In this document: piece by piece, positions 25,637 to 35,735 of the stretch
Numbering within the stretch: the stretch's first letter is position 1
Layout: the number at the start of each line of letters is the position of its first letter
Virus record (IMG/VR): IMGVR_UViG_3300037785_000110
Location: 1 to 54,953 of that record
Strand: one strand, 5' to 3'
DNA: 54,953 nucleotides
DNA from: a virus
Lineage: Duplodnaviria > Caudoviricetes
The notes under the pieces: generated by a model
Told to the model about the DNA's origin: nothing
Databases searched by the model: none
The model's input: the letters and a program-made list of their open reading frames with translations, nothing else
Made by a program: the position numbers and the translations under genes

Positions 25637-26608
25637 ATGACCGAGAAGACGGGAACCCCGTCGCCCGCAGCCGCCGGCGACGAGATGACGGACCAGGAAC
25701 TGTGGGACAGCTTCATCAGTGAAGAGACCAGCCCCCCCGACACGACCGACAGCGACGCCCCCGGCTCCGAGCCCGGCAGCGACGATGACCGGGACGACGG
25801 CGCGGACCAGGCCGAATTTGCCGACGAGAATGCCACCGACCCGGACCCGACCGACGACACGGACAAGCACGCCAACCCGCCGCCCGCCGAAACCATCGAC
25901 TGGAAGGCAAAGGCCGAGGAACTCGAGCACAAGCACCGCTCGGACCAAGGCCGCCTGAAAGCGACGCAGCGGAAGGTGGCGGATCTGCAGAAGGAAATCG
26001 ACCGGCTGAAAGCAAAGCCGTCCACGACCGCGACCGACGAGGAAATCCAGCAGCGCGAACAGCGCATGGAGAGCCTCAAGGCTGAATACCCCGACGTCGC
26101 CGAGCCGCTGATCGAGGAGATCAACTCCCTCCGCAGCCGCCTCGGCGAGTTGGACGAGCGAGACAAGGACCGTCTGACCACTGCCGAGGGCGAACTCACC
26201 GAGATCGTCACCGAGCAGTGGGGTGTCTTCACGGAGCACCACCCGGACGGGATCGACGTCATCCGGAAGAACCGCGCCGCCTTCGACACCTGGCTGGAAG
26301 ACCAGCCCAAGGCCACGCGGGACATCTACGCTCAGAACGTCAGCCAGATCGTCGACGGGACCGGGACCGCCAAGCTGGTCAGCCAGTTCAAGGCCTTCCT
26401 GCAGGAGCAGTCGGGTAGCACCCCGCCGCCCGGCAAACCCGAAACCCGACCGAGCGACCGCCGCGATCTTCAACGCCGAGGTGCCGCAAGCACGCGCAGC
26501 AACACCCGCAAGCCGCTGTCCGGGAACGACATTCCCGACACCGACGACCCGGAAGCGCTGTGGAATGCCTTCGACAACCTCGACGCCAAGAAGGCCGCGC
26601 GCCGGTAA
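25637..26608 (+). CDS. Capsid scaffolding protein
   Basis: Acidic disordered N-terminus and coiled coil, directly before the capsid gene. Confidence 0.75.
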   Translation: MTEKTGTPSPAAAGDEMTDQELWDSFISEETSPPDTTDSDAPGSEPGSDDDRDDGADQAEFADENATDPDPTDDTDKHANPPPAETIDWKAKAEELEHKHRSDQGRLKATQRKVADLQKEIDRLKAKPSTTATDEEIQQREQRMESLKAEYPDVAEPLIEEINSLRSRLGELDERDKDRLTTAEGELTEIVTEQWGVFTEHHPDGIDVIRKNRAAFDTWLEDQPKATRDIYAQNVSQIVDGTGTAKLVSQFKAFLQEQSGSTPPPGKPETRPSDRRDLQRRGAASTRSNTRKPLSGNDIPDTDDPEALWNAFDNLDAKKAARR

Positions 26609-26635
26609 TCGGTCTCCCCCCAGGAGGCTTGTGAC

Positions 26636-27640
26636 ATGACCGTCACGAAATCCAACGACTCGGGCATCTCTCAGCGCACGAACGTCTACGCTGAGCGCCA
26701 GATGCTCAAGCACGCCGGGCCCGTCATGGTGCTCGAGAAGACCGGGCCGCTGATGAAGCGGATGCCGAAGAACAAGTCGGAGACCATCAAGTTCCGGCGC
26801 CCGAAGGTCTTCACCGCCGCGACCACCCCCCTTGTCGAGGGCGTCACGCCCACTGCCACCGCGTTCGAGTACGAAGACGTCTCGGGCTCGCTCAAGCAGT
26901 ACGGCATGGTGGTCGGCATCACCGATGTCATCGAGGACACCCACGAAGACCCGGTGCTGCAGGACGCAACGCTGCAGGCAGGCGAGAACATCGGCCGCAC
27001 CATGGAGGCCCTCGACTGGGGCGTCCTGCGCGCCGGGACCAACGTGTTTTACGGCAACGGCGCGTCCCGCGCGTCGGTCAACACGGCGATTTCTCTCAAC
27101 AAGCAGCGCGCCGTGACCCGTGCTCTTCGCGCCCAGAAGGCCATGAAGATCACCAACATCCTGTCGCCGTCGCCGAACTACGAGACGCGCGCGATCGAAG
27201 CGTCGTACATCGCGGTCTCGCACACGGACCTCGAGCACGACATTCGCCAGATGACCGGCTTTGTGCCCGTCGCTGAGTACGGTCGCATGTCCCCGATCTG
27301 CGAAGAGGAGATCGGGGCGGTCGAGGACGTCCGCTATCTGCTGTCGCCCGACCTGACGCCCTTCCTGGCGGCCGGGTCCGGCACCCTGAACGGCATGATC
27401 TCGGCCGGCGCGGCCAACGTCGACGTCTACCCGGTGCTCTACTTCGGCAAGGAGGCCTGGGGCCGCGTCGCGCTGCGCGGGCAGGGGGCGGTTTCGCCCT
27501 CGATCATCCCGGTCGGCCAGAAGACGAAGGACGACCCGCTCGGCCAGCGCGGCTATGTGGGCTGGAAGACCTGGCACCTGTGCCTGCGCCTCAACGAGGC
27601 CTGGATGGCCCGCCTCGAGGTTGGCGCGACCGACCTCTGA
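26636..27640 (+). CDS. Major capsid protein, N4-gp56 family
   Basis: AGGAGG RBS, MPKNKSETIKFRR, LVEGVTP, LKQYG, EIGAVEDVR, DPLGQRGYVGWK. Confidence 0.92.
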   Translation: MTVTKSNDSGISQRTNVYAERQMLKHAGPVMVLEKTGPLMKRMPKNKSETIKFRRPKVFTAATTPLVEGVTPTATAFEYEDVSGSLKQYGMVVGITDVIEDTHEDPVLQDATLQAGENIGRTMEALDWGVLRAGTNVFYGNGASRASVNTAISLNKQRAVTRALRAQKAMKITNILSPSPNYETRAIEASYIAVSHTDLEHDIRQMTGFVPVAEYGRMSPICEEEIGAVEDVRYLLSPDLTPFLAAGSGTLNGMISAGAANVDVYPVLYFGKEAWGRVALRGQGAVSPSIIPVGQKTKDDPLGQRGYVGWKTWHLCLRLNEAWMARLEVGATDL

Positions 27641-27648
27641 TGACCTGA

Positions 27649-27676
27649 CCGGGGGCGGCTTACCGGCGGCCCCCGG
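27649..27676 (+). terminator. GC-rich hairpin after the capsid gene
   Basis: CCGGGGGC...GCCCCCGG inverted repeat with no clear U tract. Confidence 0.35.
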
Positions 27677-27737
27677 CACATCACCGGGTCAGCGCGCAGC
27701 GCGGCCCTGACACCCACACAACCGAAAGGATGGACCC

Positions 27738-28055
27738 ATGTTCAAGGGGCATCTCAAGACCGGCACGGTGACGGGGACCGGCGCGGCGATCAACGTCGTC
27801 CTGGGCTTCGTTCCCGCCGTCGTGCTGCTGTTCAACAAGACCGATCCGGGCGTCTTCATCTGGACCAAGGACATGGCCAACGCCTCGGCACTCAAGCTGA
27901 CCGACGCACCGGCCCTGACCTTCCCGACCTCGAACGGCATCACCCCCTACGAGGGCGTGGCCGGAACCACGGGCAAGGGCTTCACGATCGGGGCGGACTC
28001 GGACCTGAACGCGGCCAGCGACGTCCTCTACTACGTCGCGTTCGGCGACGAGTAA
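27738..28055 (+). CDS. Putative head decoration/cement protein
   Basis: 105 aa, Gly/Thr-rich and beta-like, right after the capsid gene, AAAGGA RBS. Confidence 0.6.
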   Translation: MFKGHLKTGTVTGTGAAINVVLGFVPAVVLLFNKTDPGVFIWTKDMANASALKLTDAPALTFPTSNGITPYEGVAGTTGKGFTIGADSDLNAASDVLYYVAFGDE

Positions 28056-28083
28056 CCGGTCCAGCCAGCCAGTCACACAGCAC

Positions 28084-28111
28084 AGGGCGCACCTTCGGGT
28101 GCGCCCTTTCT
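28084..28111 (+). terminator. Intrinsic terminator
   Basis: AGGGCGCACC-TTCG-GGTGCGCCCT-TTCT: perfect 10-bp stem with a C(UUCG)G loop. Confidence 0.75.
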
Positions 28112-28129
28112 CATGCAGGAGAGGCACTC

Positions 28130-28546
28130 ATGGAAGAGACCCTCAAGGACCCGACGCAGGCCGACTACGAGGCCGCCCGGGCAACGCTCACGCCGTCCGA
28201 CCTGACCGCGCAGGGCATCCCGAAAGTGGAGCCGATCAGCGACGCCCTCGTCGCCAATGGCTTCCGCAAGATCACCGCCGCCGAGCGCGACGTCTTCGAG
28301 GAAAGCATTCCCGAGGCTCCGGCAGCGCCCGACGCGCCCGAGGAGGCCGCTGCGCCCGAAGAGGCTCCGGCGCCCGGGTTCCTGCGCATCCGGCTCGACG
28401 CCGCCGATGCCAACCCGTTGCCCATCTACGTCCACGGCGTGGGTTCCTTCTCGCTGCGCGTCGGCGAGGAAAAGGCCCTGCCGGAGGCGGCCATCGACGC
28501 CCTGCGCAACGCAGGCGGCGTCTCGTTCACCATCCTGGAGGACTGA
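28130..28546 (+). CDS. Hypothetical structural-region protein
   Basis: GGAGAGG RBS, two small domains joined by a PEA-rich linker. Confidence 0.75.
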   Translation: MEETLKDPTQADYEAARATLTPSDLTAQGIPKVEPISDALVANGFRKITAAERDVFEESIPEAPAAPDAPEEAAAPEEAPAPGFLRIRLDAADANPLPIYVHGVGSFSLRVGEEKALPEAAIDALRNAGGVSFTILED

Positions 28547-28549
28547 GCC

Positions 28550-29062
28550 ATGCCCGCACATTCCATCGAAACCGTGCCTGTCAGCGTCCTGCGCGACTAC
28601 GCCCGGACCACTCTCGGCCTCGAACTGGCGGACACGACCAAGCGCAACGACATCATCGGCAAGATGCGTTCGGTTGGCTTCACGGCCGATATGATCGAGG
28701 TCCCCGGCGATCCGGAGCAACTGCAGCGCCCCGAGGCCACCGCGGCCGACGAGAACGGGCCCGTCCGCTTCAAGCGCGACGCCCAAGGCCAGATCGTCAA
28801 GGGCGATGGCGGGCTGCCGGTCAAGGAGTACCGCATCCTGATCCCGAAGGAGGACAAGCCCGGCGGCGAGGAACCGGTGTACGTGTCGGTGAACGGGGTC
28901 GCCATGTGGATCACCCGTGGCGAGCAGCACTGGGTTGACGAGAAGTACGTCGAGGCCCTCAAGAACGCGGTCAACTTCGTCTATCCGCAGTACGAGGATG
29001 GCCTGGGTGGCCTCGGGACCCCGCGCGAGGTCCAGTCCTACCCTTACCAGATTGCCATTTGA
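28550..29062 (+). CDS. Conserved structural-region protein
   Basis: GGAGG RBS, PVYVSVNG...I.RG...V...YVEALKNA motif. Confidence 0.75.
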   Translation: MPAHSIETVPVSVLRDYARTTLGLELADTTKRNDIIGKMRSVGFTADMIEVPGDPEQLQRPEATAADENGPVRFKRDAQGQIVKGDGGLPVKEYRILIPKEDKPGGEEPVYVSVNGVAMWITRGEQHWVDEKYVEALKNAVNFVYPQYEDGLGGLGTPREVQSYPYQIAI

Positions 29063-29071
29063 GGCTGGTCC

Positions 29072-29776
29072 GTGGCGACCTTCCTCGAACTGTGTCAGGC
29101 GGTGGCGCGTGAAAGCGGCACCGTCCCGACCATTGGCGATCCGCAGACCGTCGTGAACCAGACCGGCCGCCTTGCGCGCGTGGTCTACTGGACACAGGCG
29201 GCTTGGAACGCGATCCAGCGCGAAAGCCCGAACTGGCGCTGGATGCAGGCGGATTTCAGCGGCAGCACCGTGGCCGGCGTGCAGTTCTATGACGCCGCCG
29301 CCATGGGCATCACCCGCTTCCGGGCCTGGGATCACCGGGCCCAGGGCGTGGGCAACTACTTCACCCTCTACGATCCCGACATCGGCCAGGCAGACGAGGG
29401 TCGCCTCTCGATCCTCGACTACGAGGACTTCCGCATGACGTGCATGATCGGAGAGGCAGCGACGATGCAGGGCAAGCCGTCCTGGCTCACCATCGCGCCC
29501 GACGACACGCTGGGCCTGCACAAGACGCCGGACAAGGCCTACACCCTGCGCGGTCGCTACGTGAAGTCCCAGCAGGTGCTGGCGCTCGACAGCGATGTGC
29601 CCGAGATGCCGGCCGACTTCCACGACGCCATCACCTGGCGCGCGCTGATCCTGATGGGGACCTACGACGAGGCCACCCAGCAGATGCCCACCTGGGCGTT
29701 CGAGTATTCGACCATCATGGACGAGCTGCGCCGGTCCCAGTTGCCGCGCATCGACGTCGGGGGGCCGTTGGCCTGA
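29072..29776 (+). CDS. Head-tail adaptor protein
   Basis: MATFLELCQAVARE N-terminus, W.WM, TPDKAYTL, P.MPADFHDAI. Located before the nozzle. Confidence 0.75.
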   Translation: MATFLELCQAVARESGTVPTIGDPQTVVNQTGRLARVVYWTQAAWNAIQRESPNWRWMQADFSGSTVAGVQFYDAAAMGITRFRAWDHRAQGVGNYFTLYDPDIGQADEGRLSILDYEDFRMTCMIGEAATMQGKPSWLTIAPDDTLGLHKTPDKAYTLRGRYVKSQQVLALDSDVPEMPADFHDAITWRALILMGTYDEATQQMPTWAFEYSTIMDELRRSQLPRIDVGGPLA

Positions 29777-31851
29777 TGGCACAGGCGGCACAGATCGTCC
29801 CCATGCGCGGCGGCCTCGACCTGGTCACACCGCACATGCAGAAGGCCCCGGGCTTCCTGATCTCGGCGCTGAACTACGAGAGCGAGGCGCGCGGCTATCG
29901 CCGGGTGCTGGGCTACGAGCGGCTGGACGGGCGGCCGAAGCCCAGCGCCGCCGGGTACTTCATCCTCAACTTCGATGCCGGGCAGACCGAGATCGCCGAA
30001 GACGACGTCGTGACCGGGGCCACCTCGGGTGCGACCGGTATCGCGCTGCGCACCGCCACCGTCGACACCGGGACGTGGGGCGGCGGCGATGCGGCCGGCT
30101 GGGTCGCGCTCTACAACGTCTCCGGCACCTTCCAGGACGACGAGAACCTGCAGGTTTCGGCGGCCACGGTCGCGGTCGCCAACGGGGCGGCGCTCGCAGA
30201 CGCCGCCAGCACCGACGATCTGAACACCGCGCTGCGCCTCGAGGCGGTCGAAAAGCGCCGGGCTGCCATCTCCGCAGTGCCGGGATCAGGCCCGGTGCGG
30301 GGGATCTTCACCCTGTCGGGCGACATCTACGCCTTCCGGGACAATGCGGGCGCCACCGCCTGCGTCATGCACAAGGCGACGGCATCCGGCTGGGCGGCGC
30401 AGACCTTCGGGCACACGCTGGCATTCACCGCAGGCACCGCCGCCTTCTCGGAAGGCGACACCGTCACCGGCGGATCGTCCTCGGCCACTGCCACCGTCGA
30501 GCGCGTGATCGTGACAGGCGGGACCTGGGGCGCGGGCGACGCGGTCGGATACCTGGTCCTGTCCGGGGTGTCCGGGACCTTCACGAGCTCCGAGACCATC
30601 TCCTCGGCCGGCGGCTCGGCTACGGGCGGCGGCGCACAGGCCGCGATCACCCTGCCGCCGGGCGGGAAGTACCGGACGGCAGTCCACAACTTCTTCGGGG
30701 CATCGAACCTGCGCCGGGCCTACTGCGCCAACGGCACCGGGCGGGCCTTCGAGTGGGACGGCTCCGTCATGGCCCCGATCAACACCGGGCTGAGCGCCGC
30801 GCTGGACAAGCCGCAGTTCGTCTCGGTCCACTCCAACCACCTGCTGCTGGGCTACGCCGGGGGCGCGGTGCTGGGGTCGGGGACCGGCCTGCCGCTTTCG
30901 TTCCTTGCCGCCGACGGCGCGTTCGAGATCGGCCTGGGCGAGGACATCACTGGAATCCAGCGAGCCTCGCGCACCGCCACGGTCATCACCGGGCGCAACA
31001 TTCTGTCCTACCTGGTCGGGACCGACTCCACCAACATCGAACTCCGCGACATCGCCGACGACAGCGGCGCGATCGCCGATACGCTGCAGGCCGTCGGCAA
31101 GCCCTACTTCCTCGACGACATCGGGGTGCGGGACCTGGCCACGGCGCAGACCTTCGGCGACTGGCAGATCGGCACCGTCACCACGCTGATCGAACCCTAC
31201 ATCACCGGGCGCCGCACCGGCGGCAAGGCAGTGACCGGCGCCCTGCGCGTCCGCAGCCGGAGCCAGTACCGCCTGTTCTACGAGGACGGGGAAGGGGTCT
31301 CGATCTACTTTGGTCGGAAGAACCCCGAGTGCATGCTGTTCACGCTCGGCTTCACGCCGAAATGCCTGCACTCGGGCGACGATGCGGACGGCTACGAGAT
31401 CCTCCTCGCGGGCGATGATGAAGGCTGGGTCTTCCAGCTGGACGCCGGGACCTCGGCAGATGGCGAGGTGATCACCGCCTACCTGCGGACCACCTTCCTG
31501 CACCAAAGCGCGCCGAACCGCGACAAGCGCTACCACCGGGCGTTCATCGACGTCGACAGCGGCGGCGAAGGGACGGCGCTCTCCTACGTGGCTGACTTCG
31601 GCTACGGCAGTGACGATTCTCCGTCGGGTGTCGAGCAGAGCACCGACCTGGCGGGCGGCGGCGGCATCTGGGACGTGGCGACCTGGGATGCCTTTGTCTG
31701 GGACGCCAGCATTCAGGGGCAGGCGATCGCTGACCTCGATGGCATCGGCGAGAACGTCTCGCTGGCGATCATGTCCGACGCCACCGACGAGGCACCCCAC
31801 ACGATCGCCAGCCTCACGATCAACTACACCCCCCGGAGGATGCAGCGGTGA
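29776..31851 (+). CDS. Tail nozzle / stabilisation protein (P22 gp10 or T7 gp12 position)
   Basis: 691 aa, beta-rich, GGLDLVTP N-terminus, WD...WD...WD near the C-terminus. Confidence 0.7.
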   Translation: MAQAAQIVPMRGGLDLVTPHMQKAPGFLISALNYESEARGYRRVLGYERLDGRPKPSAAGYFILNFDAGQTEIAEDDVVTGATSGATGIALRTATVDTGTWGGGDAAGWVALYNVSGTFQDDENLQVSAATVAVANGAALADAASTDDLNTALRLEAVEKRRAAISAVPGSGPVRGIFTLSGDIYAFRDNAGATACVMHKATASGWAAQTFGHTLAFTAGTAAFSEGDTVTGGSSSATATVERVIVTGGTWGAGDAVGYLVLSGVSGTFTSSETISSAGGSATGGGAQAAITLPPGGKYRTAVHNFFGASNLRRAYCANGTGRAFEWDGSVMAPINTGLSAALDKPQFVSVHSNHLLLGYAGGAVLGSGTGLPLSFLAADGAFEIGLGEDITGIQRASRTATVITGRNILSYLVGTDSTNIELRDIADDSGAIADTLQAVGKPYFLDDIGVRDLATAQTFGDWQIGTVTTLIEPYITGRRTGGKAVTGALRVRSRSQYRLFYEDGEGVSIYFGRKNPECMLFTLGFTPKCLHSGDDADGYEILLAGDDEGWVFQLDAGTSADGEVITAYLRTTFLHQSAPNRDKRYHRAFIDVDSGGEGTALSYVADFGYGSDDSPSGVEQSTDLAGGGGIWDVATWDAFVWDASIQGQAIADLDGIGENVSLAIMSDATDEAPHTIASLTINYTPRRMQR

Positions 31852-33113
31852 GCAATGACTACTTCAACTCCTCCGCCCCGATCACGCGCCAGACGCTGGC
31901 CCGGTCGACCAGCGTCAACGCCATCGCCGCAGCCCTGGTCGCCGCCTTCGACAAGCTGCCCACCCGCAATGCGATCTGGCGCTCGACACACCAGTTCGGC
32001 ACCACCACGGGAACCGCCGGCGTCTACGCGCTCAGCCTGGCCGACACGTCCTTTGCCCTCGACACCGGCACCATTGTCCGGTGCGTCATCAATGTGGCCA
32101 ACACCGGGGCGTCGAGCCTGAACGTGAACGGCACCGGGGCCCGGGTGATCAAGCGGATCGACGGCACCGACGTCGAGGCCGGAGACCTCTACACCGGCGC
32201 GTTTGTCGAGCTGGGCTACAACGGGACGAACTGGGTGCTGCTGTCCGGCTCGCCGGTCCACATGGCCGGGATCGCGTCCGTTCTGGGGGCGGCGCTCTCC
32301 TTCACGGGCGCGGTCACCTTCTCCGGCAGCGCGACATTCACCGCCGTGCCGTCCTTCCCTGGCAACCCGGTCTTCTCCGGTAACCCGTCCTTCACGGGAA
32401 GCCCCAGCTTCGCTGCGGTGGGCAACAAGGCCACCATTCGGTCGGACCTCGGGGTGCAACAGTCGAACGGCAACCTGTCCGCGCTTGCTGGCCTGACCGG
32501 TGTGGCCGACCGGATCGCATACTTCACGGGCGCCGCAGCCATGGCGCTGGCAACGCTCACGTCCTTCGGGCGCTCCCTGATCGCTGCTGTGGATGCCGCA
32601 GCCGCGCGCGTTCTGCTTGGCCTGCGGATCGGTGTTGATGTGCAGGCCTACAACCCGAACCTATCCAGCCTGTCCGGGCTGACCTTCGCGGCCAACAAGG
32701 GCCTCTACACCACAGCGGCCAACACGGCGGCGCTCTTCGACCTGACTGCGGCAGGTCGGGCGCTGCTGGATGACGCGAATGCGGCGGCGCAACGGAGCAC
32801 GCTGGGGCTTGGCAGCCTCGCCACGCTTAACACCGTCGGCACCGCCCAGATCGACAGTGGCGAGCAGATGACCGCCGCCAATGTTTCAGATGCCTACGCC
32901 GCCCGCGCGCTCGATGAAATCGGGCAGATGAGGCTGATGACAATCCAATATGGGAACGGTACCGGGAACCCTTACGCCATCGGATCGACCTACTCAGGTA
33001 GCACTTGGGGCCTGACTGGGACGTGGCGCGTCATGGGGGCCACGTCGGTCTCCTACACCTATTTCAGCAACGAATATACCCAGTGGCTTTGGCTATTGAA
33101 GAGGACGGCATGA
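31848..33113 (+). CDS. Tail fibre protein
   Basis: ANTGASSLNVNGTGA motif, two ~53-aa LT.FGR.L...DAAA.R..LGL repeats, tip GTWRVMG. Confidence 0.85.
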   Translation: MSNDYFNSSAPITRQTLARSTSVNAIAAALVAAFDKLPTRNAIWRSTHQFGTTTGTAGVYALSLADTSFALDTGTIVRCVINVANTGASSLNVNGTGARVIKRIDGTDVEAGDLYTGAFVELGYNGTNWVLLSGSPVHMAGIASVLGAALSFTGAVTFSGSATFTAVPSFPGNPVFSGNPSFTGSPSFAAVGNKATIRSDLGVQQSNGNLSALAGLTGVADRIAYFTGAAAMALATLTSFGRSLIAAVDAAAARVLLGLRIGVDVQAYNPNLSSLSGLTFAANKGLYTTAANTAALFDLTAAGRALLDDANAAAQRSTLGLGSLATLNTVGTAQIDSGEQMTAANVSDAYAARALDEIGQMRLMTIQYGNGTGNPYAIGSTYSGSTWGLTGTWRVMGATSVSYTYFSNEYTQWLWLLKRTA

Positions 33114-33478
33114 TGCAGTTCCGCAACCCGAAATACACGGCACAAGGCCATATTGACTGCGAGGTTCTGGTTGGCGGGGAGTGGCTTCCGACGACCGTGG
33201 CCCGTGATGATGCAGGGGCCGGATATGACGCCGCCGCGCTCTTCGCGGCGATCGAGGCCGCGGGTGGCGTAGAGCCGTACTCCGCCCCCGAGCGCGATCT
33301 GGCCGCCGAGGTCCGTGCGGAGCGCGACATTCGCCTCGCCAAGACCGACTGGCAGGCGCTGCCCGACAACCCGCGCTGCACCCCGGATCTGCTGACCTAC
33401 CGCCAGGCACTGCGGGACGTGACCGATCAGCCGGGCTTCCCGCACAGCGTCACCTGGCCCACCCAAACCAGCACGTAG
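33110..33478 (+). CDS. Tail fibre assembly chaperone
   Basis: RNPKY...IDCEV, VRAERD.RL..TDW..LPD...YRQALRDVTDQPGFP..VTWP. Confidence 0.88.
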   Translation: MMQFRNPKYTAQGHIDCEVLVGGEWLPTTVARDDAGAGYDAAALFAAIEAAGGVEPYSAPERDLAAEVRAERDIRLAKTDWQALPDNPRCTPDLLTYRQALRDVTDQPGFPHSVTWPTQTST

Positions 33479-33491
33479 AAGAGGCCGCCTG

Positions 33492-35735
33492 ATGAACCTC
33501 CCCCTTCTCCTGAACCGCCGCCGCCGGGGTGCCTTCGCAGGGGCCTTCGAGTCGTACCTGAGCGACGCTGCGCTGGCCTTCATGTCCAAGATCGCGGCGA
33601 ACCCGGTGCTGGACGACCCCGATCTGGCCCTGTTCGTCAACTGCGATGAGCACGGGGTCTTCGCCTACAAGGGGGACCAAGGTTTCGGGAACGGGGAAGC
33701 CCTCTACGCCGACCCCAACGCTGTCCTCGCAAACGCGGCAACCGGCCCGGCGCGTCCTTTTATCGGGGCGTCTGGCGGGTATGAGATCGCGCTGCACAGC
33801 CTGACCGGAGACGACGACTTTTCCAACTGGACCGCCGCTGGAACCGGTGTTGGAGGTTATGAGAGCGTCAGTGGATGCTCGGGCAGCGGCAACTACATCT
33901 TCTGCCGTTGGACCGCCCCCATTGCATCAGGGACCACAGTCAAGATGGAAGTTGACGCCTACGGTGTCTCTCCCGGCGACACGGTCCGGCTCGAAGTCAA
34001 CACCGATACCGGGGGTGCCTCGTTCACGGTCCTCACCATCGCCGCAGAAGGCGAGACGCTGAGCGTCGAGCATACACTGACAGGCAACGCTTCGCGTGTG
34101 GACTTCCGCATCGGTCAGGGCACCGGCACGAAGGCGGCGTGGAACCCGAAAAACTGCTGGGGCCGGATCACCTCGCTGGCAGGTATCTGGCCGATGCAGA
34201 ACCTCGGCGGCTTCACGAATGTCACGCTGCCCAAGCGCACCGGCCCGTGGTGGGGCGTCGGCGTCGAGTATGACCCGGACACCGGCAAGCCTCGGCGGTT
34301 CGTGACGGGCGGGGAGCGCGGTGAGTTGGTCACGGCCAGCACGCTGACTGCGGCAAGCGTGCTTATCTCCGGTTCGACGAAGGCGGATCGAACCGACTAC
34401 GTTATGGGTGTAGGCGAACGGTGGCCCGGCCTGACTGTTACCGGCACCGGCGCGACGTGGAACCGCTGCAATTTCGTAGTCGGCAAGACTGTCACCAGCG
34501 GGCAGACTTACGTTGGGGTTCTCTACTACGCAGCGGGAACGTCCGGTCGGGCATATGTGGACTGCCGAAACGTGTCTGGCGCGACCAGTTCCACTCTTTA
34601 CGCGGCCGTCGGCGGATCGTGGACCTTTGGCGGCGCTGCCGGACCGATGGCTGTAGTAAGCGACACGGTATGGTCGGGTTCCGTCCGTAAGCTGGTGTTC
34701 ACCTTCGTTCCCAATTTCACCGGGACGTGTGAGGTAGGTTTCGGCCCGCACAGTGCGGTCACGGGTGAAACGATCATCGGCTATGCTGCTCAGTTTGCAC
34801 AGGGCGCGTCCGAATACCCCTTCATGCCGGTGCTGGAAGGCGGCCAGACCGTCCACGCCGCGCAGAAGATCGAGCGCGCGGCAAACGAGTTCATGCCGCT
34901 GGGGGCGAACGTCTATTCGGCGCTGGGGCAGATCGGGGCCATCGGGTCGAGCGGGTCGCCGTGGGAGAGCAGCACGGGAGAGGGCCGCTTCTCGGTCAGC
35001 GGGAACGTGCTGACCCTGAGCGCGGGATCGGCTGCGGAGATCGTGTCCCTGTTGGCCGCGCCGCTGGGCCTCTCGGATGGCGATGTTGTCGAGGTCGATG
35101 TAACATTGGCTCGAACCGATGGGGGCATTGAGTTTCGCAGCCCCGCTGGCGTTGTTCAGGTAGCCTTGGGCCTGACCTCTCCCAACACACGCACCGTTAA
35201 GCGCCAATTCACGGTCAGCGGTGGTGTCGTGTGTCAGCTTCGCGCCGGAAACACTCAGGCCGCAGGCTCCATCACCATCAACGCCGTGCGGCAGGTCCAG
35301 TCGAGCGAGGCCGCCCTGGTCGTGGATCGGACTGTCCGGGCGCTGGGGGTGGTTCAATTTGCCGCCGCGCTTCACAGGGACAGCACGGCTTCCACCGAGC
35401 GGTTCTTGGAGGTTCGGCAGACCGCAGGAAACACGCTGGAGGCAAACACGGTTGTCGCGTCCACAGATGACGCCTCGACGCTTGACGGCTCCGTTGCGAC
35501 GGGCGACCGCCAGAAACTCGTCGTCTCGCGCTCGGCTTCCGAGATGACCGGCAAGGCCGAAGGGGTGACTGCCCCTGCGGCCAATGCGGTCGGTGCGGTC
35601 GATGACTTTGCCCGCCTGACCATCGGCACAAACGGCTGGAACGGCGGGGACGCTGACGCGGGCGACATTCACGCAATCGCGGTGTTCAGCCGAGTGCTGA
35701 CCTCTACCGAACAGGGGGAGCTTGTGGACGCATGA
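33492..35735 (+). CDS. Large beta-rich fibre/spike with carbohydrate-binding-like modules (possible head fibre)
   Basis: 747 aa, Gly/Thr/Ser/Val-rich, AQFAQG motif, LamG-like end GDIHAIAVFSRVLT..E. Confidence 0.65.
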   Translation: MNLPLLLNRRRRGAFAGAFESYLSDAALAFMSKIAANPVLDDPDLALFVNCDEHGVFAYKGDQGFGNGEALYADPNAVLANAATGPARPFIGASGGYEIALHSLTGDDDFSNWTAAGTGVGGYESVSGCSGSGNYIFCRWTAPIASGTTVKMEVDAYGVSPGDTVRLEVNTDTGGASFTVLTIAAEGETLSVEHTLTGNASRVDFRIGQGTGTKAAWNPKNCWGRITSLAGIWPMQNLGGFTNVTLPKRTGPWWGVGVEYDPDTGKPRRFVTGGERGELVTASTLTAASVLISGSTKADRTDYVMGVGERWPGLTVTGTGATWNRCNFVVGKTVTSGQTYVGVLYYAAGTSGRAYVDCRNVSGATSSTLYAAVGGSWTFGGAAGPMAVVSDTVWSGSVRKLVFTFVPNFTGTCEVGFGPHSAVTGETIIGYAAQFAQGASEYPFMPVLEGGQTVHAAQKIERAANEFMPLGANVYSALGQIGAIGSSGSPWESSTGEGRFSVSGNVLTLSAGSAAEIVSLLAAPLGLSDGDVVEVDVTLARTDGGIEFRSPAGVVQVALGLTSPNTRTVKRQFTVSGGVVCQLRAGNTQAAGSITINAVRQVQSSEAALVVDRTVRALGVVQFAAALHRDSTASTERFLEVRQTAGNTLEANTVVASTDDASTLDGSVATGDRQKLVVSRSASEMTGKAEGVTAPAANAVGAVDDFARLTIGTNGWNGGDADAGDIHAIAVFSRVLTSTEQGELVDA

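Noticed and set aside
27630-27745. Capsid read-through or frameshift extension
   Set aside because: Tandem TGATGA stops, no slippery sequence, and the next gene has its own RBS.
31848-35735. Diversity-generating retroelement or invertible tail-fibre cassette
   Set aside because: No reverse transcriptase, invertase or template/variable repeat pair was seen.
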